This document shows, piece after piece, positions 55,886 to 64,000 of a DNA stretch of 64,000 nt (within the stretch, counting starts at the first letter, position 1; each line of letters begins with the position of its first letter). Location: NCBI GenBank assembly GCA_028710695.1, contig JAQTTP010000001.1:140559-204558 (forward strand), in the 5' to 3' direction. The DNA is from Candidatus Iainarchaeum sp. Its GTDB lineage: Archaea > Iainarchaeota > Iainarchaeia > Iainarchaeales > 0-14-0-20-30-16. Both the position numbers and the translations under genes were made by a program. The notes below the pieces were generated by a model. That model ran no database searches. It was not told the DNA's origin and saw only the letters and a program-made list of their open reading frames with translations.

Positions 55886-56878
55886 ATGACACAAGAATTC
55901 CTGTTTGCTTTTACCTTTCCTTTTGTAGAGCAATCTAAAAAGCAAATTCTTGAGATTTCTAGTTCTATAGATAATGTAAAAGACGAAGACCTGAACCTGA
56001 TCTCTGTGCTTCTTGAAAAAATTATAAATAAAGATTACTCTTTTTTTGAATATATTCTAAGCTCAGAAGATAAGAGATATTTATTGTATTACCCATATAT
56101 TAGAATAATATTATCTATTTCTAATAACGGCAAATACTTTTCTGCATTTAGTGATTCTTATATTTATTTTACAAAAAAAATTATTTCACAATTTGGAATC
56201 AAAGAAGTTGCAAATTATTTGAAAATAGATTATAAACTTGAAGCTGAAAAGTACTGCCTAAACTTTTATGATTATATAAAAGCAAAGATTTATGATGAAA
56301 GTCAAAAGTTAACTAATTTTGATGTGAAAGATGGAAAAGTTTTTTTAAGTTCCAAAGAGTTTGAGGACTATATATCAAGATATGTTTCAAAGCAGGTTGT
56401 TACTGGATTGCCATTAAATGTAATTGGCGTAGATAAAAAATTTGGTGTTGTTGCTGAAAAATTAAAATCTCAAATAAAGGAAATAGAAGTAAAGTATTCA
56501 AAAGAGGATTTCAAATATTTCCCGCCTTGCGTAAATAAAATAATTGATTCTTTAAATGGCGGTTCGCCATCGCATGCAGAAAGATATTTTTTAGCAACAT
56601 TTTTGTTTAAAATAAAAATGCCTTTTGAAAGCGTATTAGGGATATTTTCTAAAGCATCAGATTATGATGAAAAAATTGCAAAATATCAGCTTAAGAAAAT
56701 ACAGGATGGAAATTATTCTGTTTCCAATTGTCAGAAATTAAAATCAATTGGAATAGACTGTGGAGATTGTAATTCTTTAAGTCCAATTGGATATTATTTA
56801 TATCGTAAAAAGAAAAATAAAAAATACAAGACTTATAATAAAGAGAATAGTGAGGGCACAAGTAACACAAAAAAATAA
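55886..56878 (+). CDS. priL: DNA primase large subunit PriL
   Basis: C-terminal Fe-S cluster module FPPCV...C..C.DCGDC and a helical N-terminal domain; about 330 aa. Confidence 0.6.
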   Translation: MTQEFLFAFTFPFVEQSKKQILEISSSIDNVKDEDLNLISVLLEKIINKDYSFFEYILSSEDKRYLLYYPYIRIILSISNNGKYFSAFSDSYIYFTKKIISQFGIKEVANYLKIDYKLEAEKYCLNFYDYIKAKIYDESQKLTNFDVKDGKVFLSSKEFEDYISRYVSKQVVTGLPLNVIGVDKKFGVVAEKLKSQIKEIEVKYSKEDFKYFPPCVNKIIDSLNGGSPSHAERYFLATFLFKIKMPFESVLGIFSKASDYDEKIAKYQLKKIQDGNYSVSNCQKLKSIGIDCGDCNSLSPIGYYLYRKKKNKKYKTYNKENSEGTSNTKK

Positions 56879-56886
56879 AAGGTGAT

Positions 56887-57390
56887 TTGTTGATTAGTAG
56901 AAAACCCTTAGCCAAAAGAAAGCCGCCAGTACCACAAGTAAGGCACATTGTTAAAAATGAAACAACAGTGGTGTATGCGGGTAGAAAAACCCCTTATGAA
57001 TTATGGGCTAAACGTAGAAATGCGGTATCAAAGATTCTTGGCTTTAAAGAAGCAGATAGGCAGTGGGATAGAGATTACTTTGGGCTTGCTGTCCCTCACC
57101 ATTTTGGTTCTTATGGGCAATTAGTTCTTAGACCTTGGTTCGTAGAAGGGAAAAGATTTGCATATGTTGAAGGTATAAGAGTAAAAGATTGGTACGAACA
57201 TAGAGGTCTTGCAACAAGGATGTATAAAAAAGCAGAAGAGATTGCAAGAAAACAGGGCTTGCCAGAAATTAGGGTTTGGTTGGTGAATAATATTGAAAGG
57301 CAAGAGAAGATTTTGACTGAACTTGGCTGGAAAGAATTTGCAAAATTAAGTGATAAAAATGGAAAAATGTGGAGTAAAATGTTGATTTAA
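56887..57390 (+). CDS. GNAT-family N-acetyltransferase
   Basis: GIRVKDWYEHRGLATRMYKKAEEIARKQG is GNAT motif A (R/Q-x-x-G-x-G/A); elevated GC. Confidence 0.6.
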   Translation: MLISRKPLAKRKPPVPQVRHIVKNETTVVYAGRKTPYELWAKRRNAVSKILGFKEADRQWDRDYFGLAVPHHFGSYGQLVLRPWFVEGKRFAYVEGIRVKDWYEHRGLATRMYKKAEEIARKQGLPEIRVWLVNNIERQEKILTELGWKEFAKLSDKNGKMWSKMLI

Positions 57391-58103
57391 CTCTTCGCAA
57401 TATTCCAAAGAAGCTCAAAGAAGTTTCTATTTGTTTCTACTGCTTTTTTGCTTTTTACAACAAATGCTAATGGTTGTTCTCCCCACACTATTGTGATAAA
57501 CTTGTCGCCATAAACCATGTTGGTTGAAGGATAATCATATTTTTCTGGAAGAAATTTCATTATGAAATTTTTTGTGGCTTCTTTAATTTTTTGCTTTTTT
57601 ATTTTTTTATTATAAATTATTTTTAGAATTATTTTTTTTAATTCTCTTTTTTGGTGCCATTTAACATAATAAACTGGAAATAGCTCTTTAAATCTGCTTT
57701 GTGCACCGAAAATAAAAATCTCTTTTGAATTTAAAGCATCGTCGAAGATAAATTTTATTCCTTTCTTGCCACGGAATATTGTTGCATTATCATCTTTTTG
57801 TGTATCATAATATGTAGACTTTAGTTCGCCTAGGATATCCATTAACTTATTCTGTTTTTCGTCAAGCATTTCTTCTAATATCTTTGGGTTATTTGGCTTA
57901 AACATTTTTACATTATTTTCTAGAACATAGCTTACTAGTCCTTTCTCTACAAGCCTTTCTAATGCATCGTAAACATTTGAGCGGTTTGCCTCGCACTTGT
58001 TTGTTATTTTACTTGCTTTTGCTTCTCCCAAAGAAAGCAAGGCGAGATAGACTTTTGATTCTGTCTCACTTAGTCCAAATTCTTGTAAAGTATTTTCTTG
58101 CAT
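57387..58103 (-). CDS. TrmB-family transcriptional regulator (paralog of 40274-41059)
   Basis: LSETESKVYLALLSLGEAKASKITNKCEANRSNVYDALERLVEKGLV wHTH; divergent from a fourth binding-protein gene. Confidence 0.65.
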   Translation of the reverse strand: MQENTLQEFGLSETESKVYLALLSLGEAKASKITNKCEANRSNVYDALERLVEKGLVSYVLENNVKMFKPNNPKILEEMLDEKQNKLMDILGELKSTYYDTQKDDNATIFRGKKGIKFIFDDALNSKEIFIFGAQSRFKELFPVYYVKWHQKRELKKIILKIIYNKKIKKQKIKEATKNFIMKFLPEKYDYPSTNMVYGDKFITIVWGEQPLAFVVKSKKAVETNRNFFELLWNIAKS

Positions 58104-58188
58104 ATAATTTGATAGTTACAAAATGTATTTATTGCTGTTGGTATGCCAACGACAAGTTAAGAAATACTTGAAAAGATAAAGTATTTAT

Positions 58189-59274
58189 ATGGGTAAAAAT
58201 ATTTTATTGGTGGTAGGAGTTGGATTTATTTTCGTGGCGGCTATAATCATTTTTGCCTTTATCTTTTCTGAGCCCGGAACTGCAATTAAAATTGGGGCAA
58301 TAATTCCTTTAACTGGTGATGTTTCTTATATGGGCCAGAGTATGAAAAATGGAATTGATTTGGCGTCTAAAGAAACAGGTTTGAAAGTTGTGTATGAAGA
58401 TTCACAAGGAAAAAAGGATGTTGCGGTAAATGCATATAATAAATTGACGCAACTTGATGGTGTGAATTATATTCTTGGGAGCCAAAGTGGAGTGATTTTG
58501 AGTTATTCTTCTCTTGCAAAAGAACAGAAGAAAATAGTTTTTGCAATTGGAACTGCAAGCCCAGGATTAACAAAAAATAATGATTATCTTTTTAGAAATA
58601 ATTTGTATACCGCAGAAGAAGCAGAATTTAATGCAAGGCAGATTTATAACTTGGGCTATAAAAATTTAGTCTTGTTGGCACACAACCAACCAGGTGGGGT
58701 GGATTATTTGAAAATAATTTCTGATAATTATGGTGGAAAAATAGAATTCCAAGAAATATTTTATAGTGCCCTGGACTTCAAAACAATTTTGAGCAAAATA
58801 AAAGATTCAAATGCTGATTCTGTGTTTGTATATTCCTATGCTTCTGAGCTAGCAGAGTTGTTAAAGGAAAGTTATGGTTTGGGATTAAATGTAAGATGGT
58901 TTAGCTTCTTTGCAATGGAAGAAAAAACAATTCATAACTTGCCATTGAATGTAAAAGAGGGTCTAGTTTACTCTTACCCAATAGATGATAAAAATCCAAA
59001 ATATTTAGAATTTCAAGAAAAATACTTTTCTGTGTATGGGGAATACCCTGACTTGTTTGCAGCGCTGGCTTATGATAATATTTTTATGTTAAAGCAAGCA
59101 ATGCAAGGTTGTGAATATGAAAACACAGATTGTGTGAAAGATAATTTGTTAGAGATAAAAGAGTTTGAGGGTGTAAGCGGGCTAACAAGTATAGATTCAG
59201 ATGGAGATTCCCACAAACCAATATATCTAAAAACAATTAAGGATGGAGAATTTGTAATGTTTGAAAATCAGTAA
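58189..59274 (+). CDS. LivJ/LivK-type solute-binding protein with N-terminal membrane anchor (paralog 4)
   Basis: IKIGAIIPLTGDVSYMGQSMKNGIDLASKE after a signal anchor. Confidence 0.75.
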   Translation: MGKNILLVVGVGFIFVAAIIIFAFIFSEPGTAIKIGAIIPLTGDVSYMGQSMKNGIDLASKETGLKVVYEDSQGKKDVAVNAYNKLTQLDGVNYILGSQSGVILSYSSLAKEQKKIVFAIGTASPGLTKNNDYLFRNNLYTAEEAEFNARQIYNLGYKNLVLLAHNQPGGVDYLKIISDNYGGKIEFQEIFYSALDFKTILSKIKDSNADSVFVYSYASELAELLKESYGLGLNVRWFSFFAMEEKTIHNLPLNVKEGLVYSYPIDDKNPKYLEFQEKYFSVYGEYPDLFAALAYDNIFMLKQAMQGCEYENTDCVKDNLLEIKEFEGVSGLTSIDSDGDSHKPIYLKTIKDGEFVMFENQ

Positions 59275-59600
59275 GGCGGATCTATCTTTATTTGTATTCC
59301 AGTTTCTGTTTTAAAAAGAATTATTGTATATTGTGTCTTGCGTGATCCTCTCTGGTTAGTTAATTTAAAAGAAAATCTTTCTTCTCCTTTTTCTAAAGCT
59401 CTCAAAGCACCAGTCAATCCAGCAAGCAAAGCTCGCTTTGCATTTGTCTCTAGTCTGCGAAACAGATAATTTATCTCCTCTCGTTTTAGAAGCTCTTCAG
59501 GATGGATTTTTGTAGGTCTTTCGGGAGCCACATGTTCAATCAGTTTTCTTTCTTCTTGTTTTTCCCGTCTTCTGAAGCGTTCAAGTAGCCTTCTAAACAT
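59268..59600 (-). CDS. hypothetical protein
   Basis: 110-aa Arg/Glu-rich ORF upstream of the NAC gene; no motif recognised. Confidence 0.35.
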   Translation of the reverse strand: MFRRLLERFRRREKQEERKLIEHVAPERPTKIHPEELLKREEINYLFRRLETNAKRALLAGLTGALRALEKGEERFSFKLTNQRGSRKTQYTIILFKTETGIQIKIDPPY

Positions 59601-59607
59601 AAAAGAT

Positions 59608-59940
59608 TCACTTCTTTAATCCCATGATTGCTTCTGCCACATTGCCATTTGCTTTCTCAAGAGCTTTCTTTGCTTTATCTTTTGTAACTCCTGCCTTTTC
59701 CATAATAAGTTTAATATCATCTTCGTTTATTCCTGATTCTTCTTTTGATTCTCCAATAACTTGGTATGTGTCTGTTCCCTTTATTGTTGTCTTTGTTACT
59801 TGGGGATTTTCAAAGATCATTTTCTTGTCTTCAAGTTCAAAAATTATTTTCTTAACAGTCATTTCCTCTGTTTCAATTCCCATTTGTTTCATCATTGCTT
59901 GCATTCTTCTTGGATCCATATTTCCTAAACCGCCAAACAT
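59608..59940 (-). CDS. nascent polypeptide-associated complex protein (NAC alpha homolog) with UBA domain
   Basis: MFGGLGNMDPRRMQAMMKQMGI N-terminus, NAC domain (KIIFELEDKKMIFENPQV..) and a C-terminal UBA-like tail; start at ATG 59940. Confidence 0.75.
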   Translation of the reverse strand: MFGGLGNMDPRRMQAMMKQMGIETEEMTVKKIIFELEDKKMIFENPQVTKTTIKGTDTYQVIGESKEESGINEDDIKLIMEKAGVTKDKAKKALEKANGNVAEAIMGLKK

Positions 59941-59951
59941 CTTTATCACTC

Positions 59952-60812
59952 TCAAATTAATAAATAACTTTCAATTAGTGCTCCGATTAATAAACATACG
60001 ACTGCCAAAATTATTAAAATAATAACATCTACAATTGTGTTCCTTACTGTTTTTACATCTTTATAATAATGTCCAACTAACATTGCAGAAATAATTCCTC
60101 CTGCAACAGCACCAACAAAATATGCAAAGATTTCAAAAATCCCGTGTGGCAAAATCCCAAGAGACAGATAAGTGGCATGAGCAAAGGCCATTGCTTTAGC
60201 CGCGACCCCAAAATGGAGATATTTGTTTACCAAGTTCAAGACGTTTGAACCAATAATAACCCCTAGGATTGAGGCCTGATAAGCAATCAAGAATACCGCT
60301 CCAGCACCATATACGAACGAGAGGAGGATAATTGCTAATAAAACCTGCAAGTTGTTAACAAAAATTAAACTAAAAAATGCTTCTCCTTTTTGGGTAAAGT
60401 ATGCGAATTTTGCATTTACTACGTCCTTTACTGTGCTAATATTTTGTAGAGTTTTCATCTGATCTGAAAATAAAGTCATTCTAATGTCATCAGGTACTAA
60501 TATAAAAATTACACTAAAAACAAAGGTGATTACTAAGAAAATCTTTGCATAAGCCATGAATACAAAGCTATATTTTTTCCAGAGGTTGAATTTGTAGTCT
60601 CCTGTTTCTTGCTTCTCAAGCATTTGGAACGTGCTATACATCAGATAGGTAAATGCAATAGAAATAAAGGCAATTGTAAGAATACTTGCGGAATCAGGGA
60701 AGAAAAAATAAGATGTAAAACAAGCGATTACAGTGATGATTGCTGTATATAGGATAAGTTTGAAATGAGAGTGTAAAAGATCCTTTGTTTTGAATATGTG
60801 CTCTAAAACCAT
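59952..60812 (-). CDS. SpoIIM-like (DUF95) multi-pass membrane protein
   Basis: GILPHGIFEIFAYFVGAVAGGI segment is typical of the family; 6 TM helices. Confidence 0.55.
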   Translation of the reverse strand: MVLEHIFKTKDLLHSHFKLILYTAIITVIACFTSYFFFPDSASILTIAFISIAFTYLMYSTFQMLEKQETGDYKFNLWKKYSFVFMAYAKIFLVITFVFSVIFILVPDDIRMTLFSDQMKTLQNISTVKDVVNAKFAYFTQKGEAFFSLIFVNNLQVLLAIILLSFVYGAGAVFLIAYQASILGVIIGSNVLNLVNKYLHFGVAAKAMAFAHATYLSLGILPHGIFEIFAYFVGAVAGGIISAMLVGHYYKDVKTVRNTIVDVIILIILAVVCLLIGALIESYLLI

Positions 60813-60942
60813 ACATTACACCTTATTTTACATATAATTATGGGGCTTAAACTTAAAATTCTAATCTAATATATAAATATATTGTTCTAATAAATATTAG
60901 TACTATTCTAGAATACTTTTTTTTGGAGTTTTTGGTGTTTTT

Positions 60943-61494
60943 ATGAAGAAAATTGCAGTTACAGGCGAAAAGTTAGGGAATGAAGAAGATCTGATGATAG
61001 TTGGGGATGCATATATTGATAATGCCGGAAACATATTCCCTCGAAGTGCAAGCACAGTTGAACTTGACGACGACACAATTACAATAGAATCTTTGCATAA
61101 ACAGAAGATTTTACAGGGGGATATTGTAGTTGGATCCGTAGTAGAAATAAAAAAGAATTATGCTACTTTAGAACTACAAAAAAACATAACTATGGACAAA
61201 ACAATATCTGGAAAAGCAAATTTGAGTATGTCTGAAATTGCATTTGCATATGTTAAAGAAATTAGGGACGCTTTAAGAATAGGCGATATTGTAAAAGCAA
61301 AAGTAAAAAGCTGTGAAAAAAATGTAGTTGAATTGACATTAAAGGACAGGGGCTCAGGAGTAATAATTGCTTATTGTATGGGCTGTAGAAGAAAATTAGA
61401 CAAAAAAATTATATTTAGAAATAAAGATATATCAACTATCCAATGCAGTAATTGTCATGCAAAGCAGACAAGAAAATTTGAAGGAGGATTCTAA
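60943..61494 (+). CDS. csl4: exosome complex RNA-binding protein Csl4
   Basis: S1 domain (GDIVVGSVVEI..) and C-terminal zinc ribbon CMGC....CSNC. Confidence 0.75.
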   Translation: MKKIAVTGEKLGNEEDLMIVGDAYIDNAGNIFPRSASTVELDDDTITIESLHKQKILQGDIVVGSVVEIKKNYATLELQKNITMDKTISGKANLSMSEIAFAYVKEIRDALRIGDIVKAKVKSCEKNVVELTLKDRGSGVIIAYCMGCRRKLDKKIIFRNKDISTIQCSNCHAKQTRKFEGGF

Positions 61495-61806
61495 ATGGAA
61501 GTAGAAATGTTAAAGAAAACAAAGAACGAAATTGAGTTTAAAATAATTGGTGATAAATACACAGTAACTGGATTTTTACAAAAGAAATTATTAGCAGATA
61601 AAGACGTTGAATTTGCTGCTTATTATATAGATCACCCAGACAAGGATGAATGTAAGTTTACATTAAGAACTGTAAAAGGTGTTGATGCAAAAGACGCTTT
61701 GGATAAAGCCATGAGCGAATGTAAAAAAGAAATGGCAGAATTAAATAAACAAGTTTTAGCATTGCTTTCAGAAGTTTCTTCAAAAAAGAAAGCAAAGAAG
61801 AAATAA
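61495..61806 (+). CDS. rpoL: DNA-directed RNA polymerase subunit L (Rpb11 homolog)
   Basis: EFKIIGDKYTVTGFLQKKLLADKDVEFAAYYIDHPDKDE matches the RpoL/Rpb11 dimerisation motif; adjacent to csl4 as in many archaea. Confidence 0.75.
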   Translation: MEVEMLKKTKNEIEFKIIGDKYTVTGFLQKKLLADKDVEFAAYYIDHPDKDECKFTLRTVKGVDAKDALDKAMSECKKEMAELNKQVLALLSEVSSKKKAKKK

Positions 61807-61832
61807 GCATCTAAATCTGTTGTGGGTGCATT

Positions 61833-62546
61833 ATGGTCTGGAAAGAAATAAAAGCAAAGTTAAAATGGATAGACCCATTCACCTACCTTGATTTTTTTAT
61901 TGAGTTCCTACATAAAAAAGGAATAAACTATAAAATATTGGATATTGTTTTACAAATTCTATATGCTCTTCTTTTGGCATATATTACAATCCTAATTATT
62001 GGCCTTTTCACTGGTGCAGCAAAACCAATTACAATTGTTGTTACTGGATCCATGGAACCAAATGTAAACATTGGGGATTTCTTATTTATTGGGTCAGCAA
62101 AGAATATCGAAACTACTGATGTTTATTATAATGGAAATGTTGGCGGAAAAGATGTAAAAGAATTTTTGGAACCAATATTTGTTAATGGTAATACGACAAA
62201 AGTAAAAATAGATGGAAATATTTACGATTTAAACACAAACGCGGACGTGGTTGTATATTATTCTCCGATAGTTAATAAGGATTTAGTGCATAGGGCTGTG
62301 CTAAAAATCCATGCAAATGACGGGATATTTTATATTACAAAAGGAGACAACACAGAAACTAATTTTATGATAGACGAAGATTGTAATTTTGTTTACGGTC
62401 CTTATATAGTAACTGATGCTTGTTTGTATAAAACAGCAATTCCAGAAAGTGAACTGCAAGGAAAAATGCTTTGGAAAATACCCTATTTAGGATATATAAA
62501 AGTTATACCCTATAAAATCTTTTTATGGGTGAAGGGTTTATTTTAA
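61833..62546 (+). CDS. signal peptidase I (archaeal/eukaryal Sec11 type)
   Basis: N-terminal TM anchor, then VVTGSMEPNVNIGDFLFI, the catalytic Ser box. Confidence 0.7.
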   Translation: MVWKEIKAKLKWIDPFTYLDFFIEFLHKKGINYKILDIVLQILYALLLAYITILIIGLFTGAAKPITIVVTGSMEPNVNIGDFLFIGSAKNIETTDVYYNGNVGGKDVKEFLEPIFVNGNTTKVKIDGNIYDLNTNADVVVYYSPIVNKDLVHRAVLKIHANDGIFYITKGDNTETNFMIDEDCNFVYGPYIVTDACLYKTAIPESELQGKMLWKIPYLGYIKVIPYKIFLWVKGLF

Positions 62547-63911
62547 GCCAAGTAATCTTTTCATTTCAGCATGTGGTGGTGGAACCTTTTGAGCAGCAGC
62601 AAGTAGAATTCTATTTGTTTCTCTAAACCCCACTCCAGATCTAGTAAGCCCTTTTCTTAAATTTGTTTCTTGTCCTAAAATTTCCACTCTTATTTTGTTC
62701 CAATCTTGTTCATTTAATCTGGAAAAAACATCTCCTTGTAGCTTTCTTAAAGCCTCGCGGTCTCCAAAGAATTGACCATAAAATAAAGGTGCAAACTTGG
62801 TTACATTCTTGCCTGTTCCAGTAACGTGTATATGTGACTGGCAAAGGTCCAAGCCCCCCGCTTTACATTCTTTAATAAGATCTGGGCCAACATCGGCCTT
62901 TCCAATGACTGCATAATCTAAATCACTTTCTGGAGTAAAATACCCTTTCTCTGTACTGCCAAATATAGTTAATCCAATAAAATCTTTATGTTTTTTTCTA
63001 AGTGTAGAAACAATAGATGAGATTTTTCTATTTCTTTCTGCTAAAGCTTTTATGTGACTTGTTGCAAGCACAGATTCTCTTGATCCCATTAATAATGGCT
63101 TCCCAAATTCTTTTTGTTCAATTATATTTATGCTTTTTTTTGCTTCATTGACTACAAGATAAGAATTATCAGCAAGAAGTTTTTGTAATAATGGAAGTGC
63201 TTCTATGCCGACAACAGGAAGCTTTAGAGCTAAAAAAACTCTCACTCCAATTTTTGGATCATTAGCAAAATGTTCTAAATATTGTAGTGACTTTGGGCCA
63301 ATTGTGGCAAAGGCGTCAATTAATATCATTTTTGTATCAGATCTAAAGGCGTGTATTGCAGACCCCAGATAAGGTAGTGCCTTTTCACCGAAACTTGTTA
63401 ATGCTCTTATTGAAGCAATGGATAGGTAAGGGTCTTCAGAAACAAGAGCGATGTTCAAATATTCCAATGCCTTTTCACCACAAAAACCAAGAGCAACAAT
63501 GTGTTTTAGCCGATCTATTGTGGACCCATCATTAATTAGATTAATTATCTCTTGTTTTTTCCCTTTTGCTAATAAATCTTTAAGCATTCTAACTGTTTTG
63601 TCTGATTTTACAACAGGAAATGTTTGTCCAGATGCAACTTCTAATTTTGAGACTTGTTCTTTTGAAAGGTGCTTTTTTAATGTGCTTGGTTCGATTCTTT
63701 TTAACCACCTTGCAGCAAGCTCCCTAAGAACAGGATCCTTGTGATCTAATAGGGACACAACCCCTCTTATATTTAGTCGTCTTCTTTGAAATTGCCTATA
63801 TTCTGGCGGGTAGTGATCATGGGGGAAAGTAGGATTAAGGCTAAGGTCATGTCTTTCTTGTTCTAATCTTGCTTTAAATAATTGTTCGTGAAATTTAGTT
63901 GGCCTGGGCAT
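62538..63911 (-). CDS. HEAT/PBS-lyase-repeat protein fused to a Pol-beta-type nucleotidyltransferase domain
   Basis: N-terminal array of HEAT-like repeats (DPVLRELAARWL.., DPYLSIASIRALTSFG.., DPKIGVRVFLAL..). C-terminal IGLTIFGSTEKGYFTPESDLDYAVIG = G[SG]x9-13Dx[DE] NTase motif. Elevated GC. Confidence 0.5.
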   Translation of the reverse strand: MPRPTKFHEQLFKARLEQERHDLSLNPTFPHDHYPPEYRQFQRRRLNIRGVVSLLDHKDPVLRELAARWLKRIEPSTLKKHLSKEQVSKLEVASGQTFPVVKSDKTVRMLKDLLAKGKKQEIINLINDGSTIDRLKHIVALGFCGEKALEYLNIALVSEDPYLSIASIRALTSFGEKALPYLGSAIHAFRSDTKMILIDAFATIGPKSLQYLEHFANDPKIGVRVFLALKLPVVGIEALPLLQKLLADNSYLVVNEAKKSINIIEQKEFGKPLLMGSRESVLATSHIKALAERNRKISSIVSTLRKKHKDFIGLTIFGSTEKGYFTPESDLDYAVIGKADVGPDLIKECKAGGLDLCQSHIHVTGTGKNVTKFAPLFYGQFFGDREALRKLQGDVFSRLNEQDWNKIRVEILGQETNLRKGLTRSGVGFRETNRILLAAAQKVPPPHAEMKRLLGLK

Positions 63912-64000
63912 ATATAAAGAAGGGGGCTTAGATATTTATATTTACAGGGGGTAATAGGAACCTTGGTTCTTATGGCTATACATAAAAGAGTACTTTTTTA

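Overview
The window is AT-rich (GC clearly below 35% by eye), with short intergenic spacers and genes on both strands, and it looks archaeal. The strongest evidence is two conserved archaeal gene clusters. One is the exosome/proteasome superoperon (psmA-sdo1-rrp4-rrp41-rrp42-rpl37ae-rpoP-brix-pcc1-like-pfdB, 14.7-19.8 kb). The other is rps19e-rpl39e-rpl31e-eif6-pfdA-ftsY-aTrm56 (21.7-25.8 kb). Further support comes from archaeal LonB, PriL, Csl4, RpoL, a Sec11-type signal peptidase, a class I CCA enzyme, pilins with class III signal peptides and a tRNA with a bulge-helix-bulge intron. The gene content (nucleoside salvage, type III RuBisCO, little biosynthesis) fits a small-genome DPANN-like archaeon, but that lineage call is inference. 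Three tRNAs were found: Thr-GGT, Phe-GAA, and Gly-CCC with a ~149-nt intron. Accessory content includes several clearly identifiable elements. There is a Doc toxin with a tightly coupled upstream mini-ORF, and a Fic/PIN divergent pair. Four paralogous 'regulator + membrane-anchored LivJ-like binding protein' cassettes have no ABC permease or ATPase in 64 kb. There is an H-cluster-only [FeFe]-hydrogenase gene, a type III RuBisCO, and a divergent RelA/SpoT-like nucleotidyltransferase coupled to a lipoprotein. Several ORFs with visibly higher GC may be horizontally acquired: a Bud32-like kinase fold carrying a D->H change, a HEAT-nucleotidyltransferase fusion, an HTH-rich protein and two GNATs. 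No CRISPR array, rRNA or intact transposon was seen. Start codons were refined by hand from the supplied ORF track (which uses TTG/GTG as M), preferring ATG with an upstream GGAGG-like RBS. All functional calls rest on motif recognition, not database searches.
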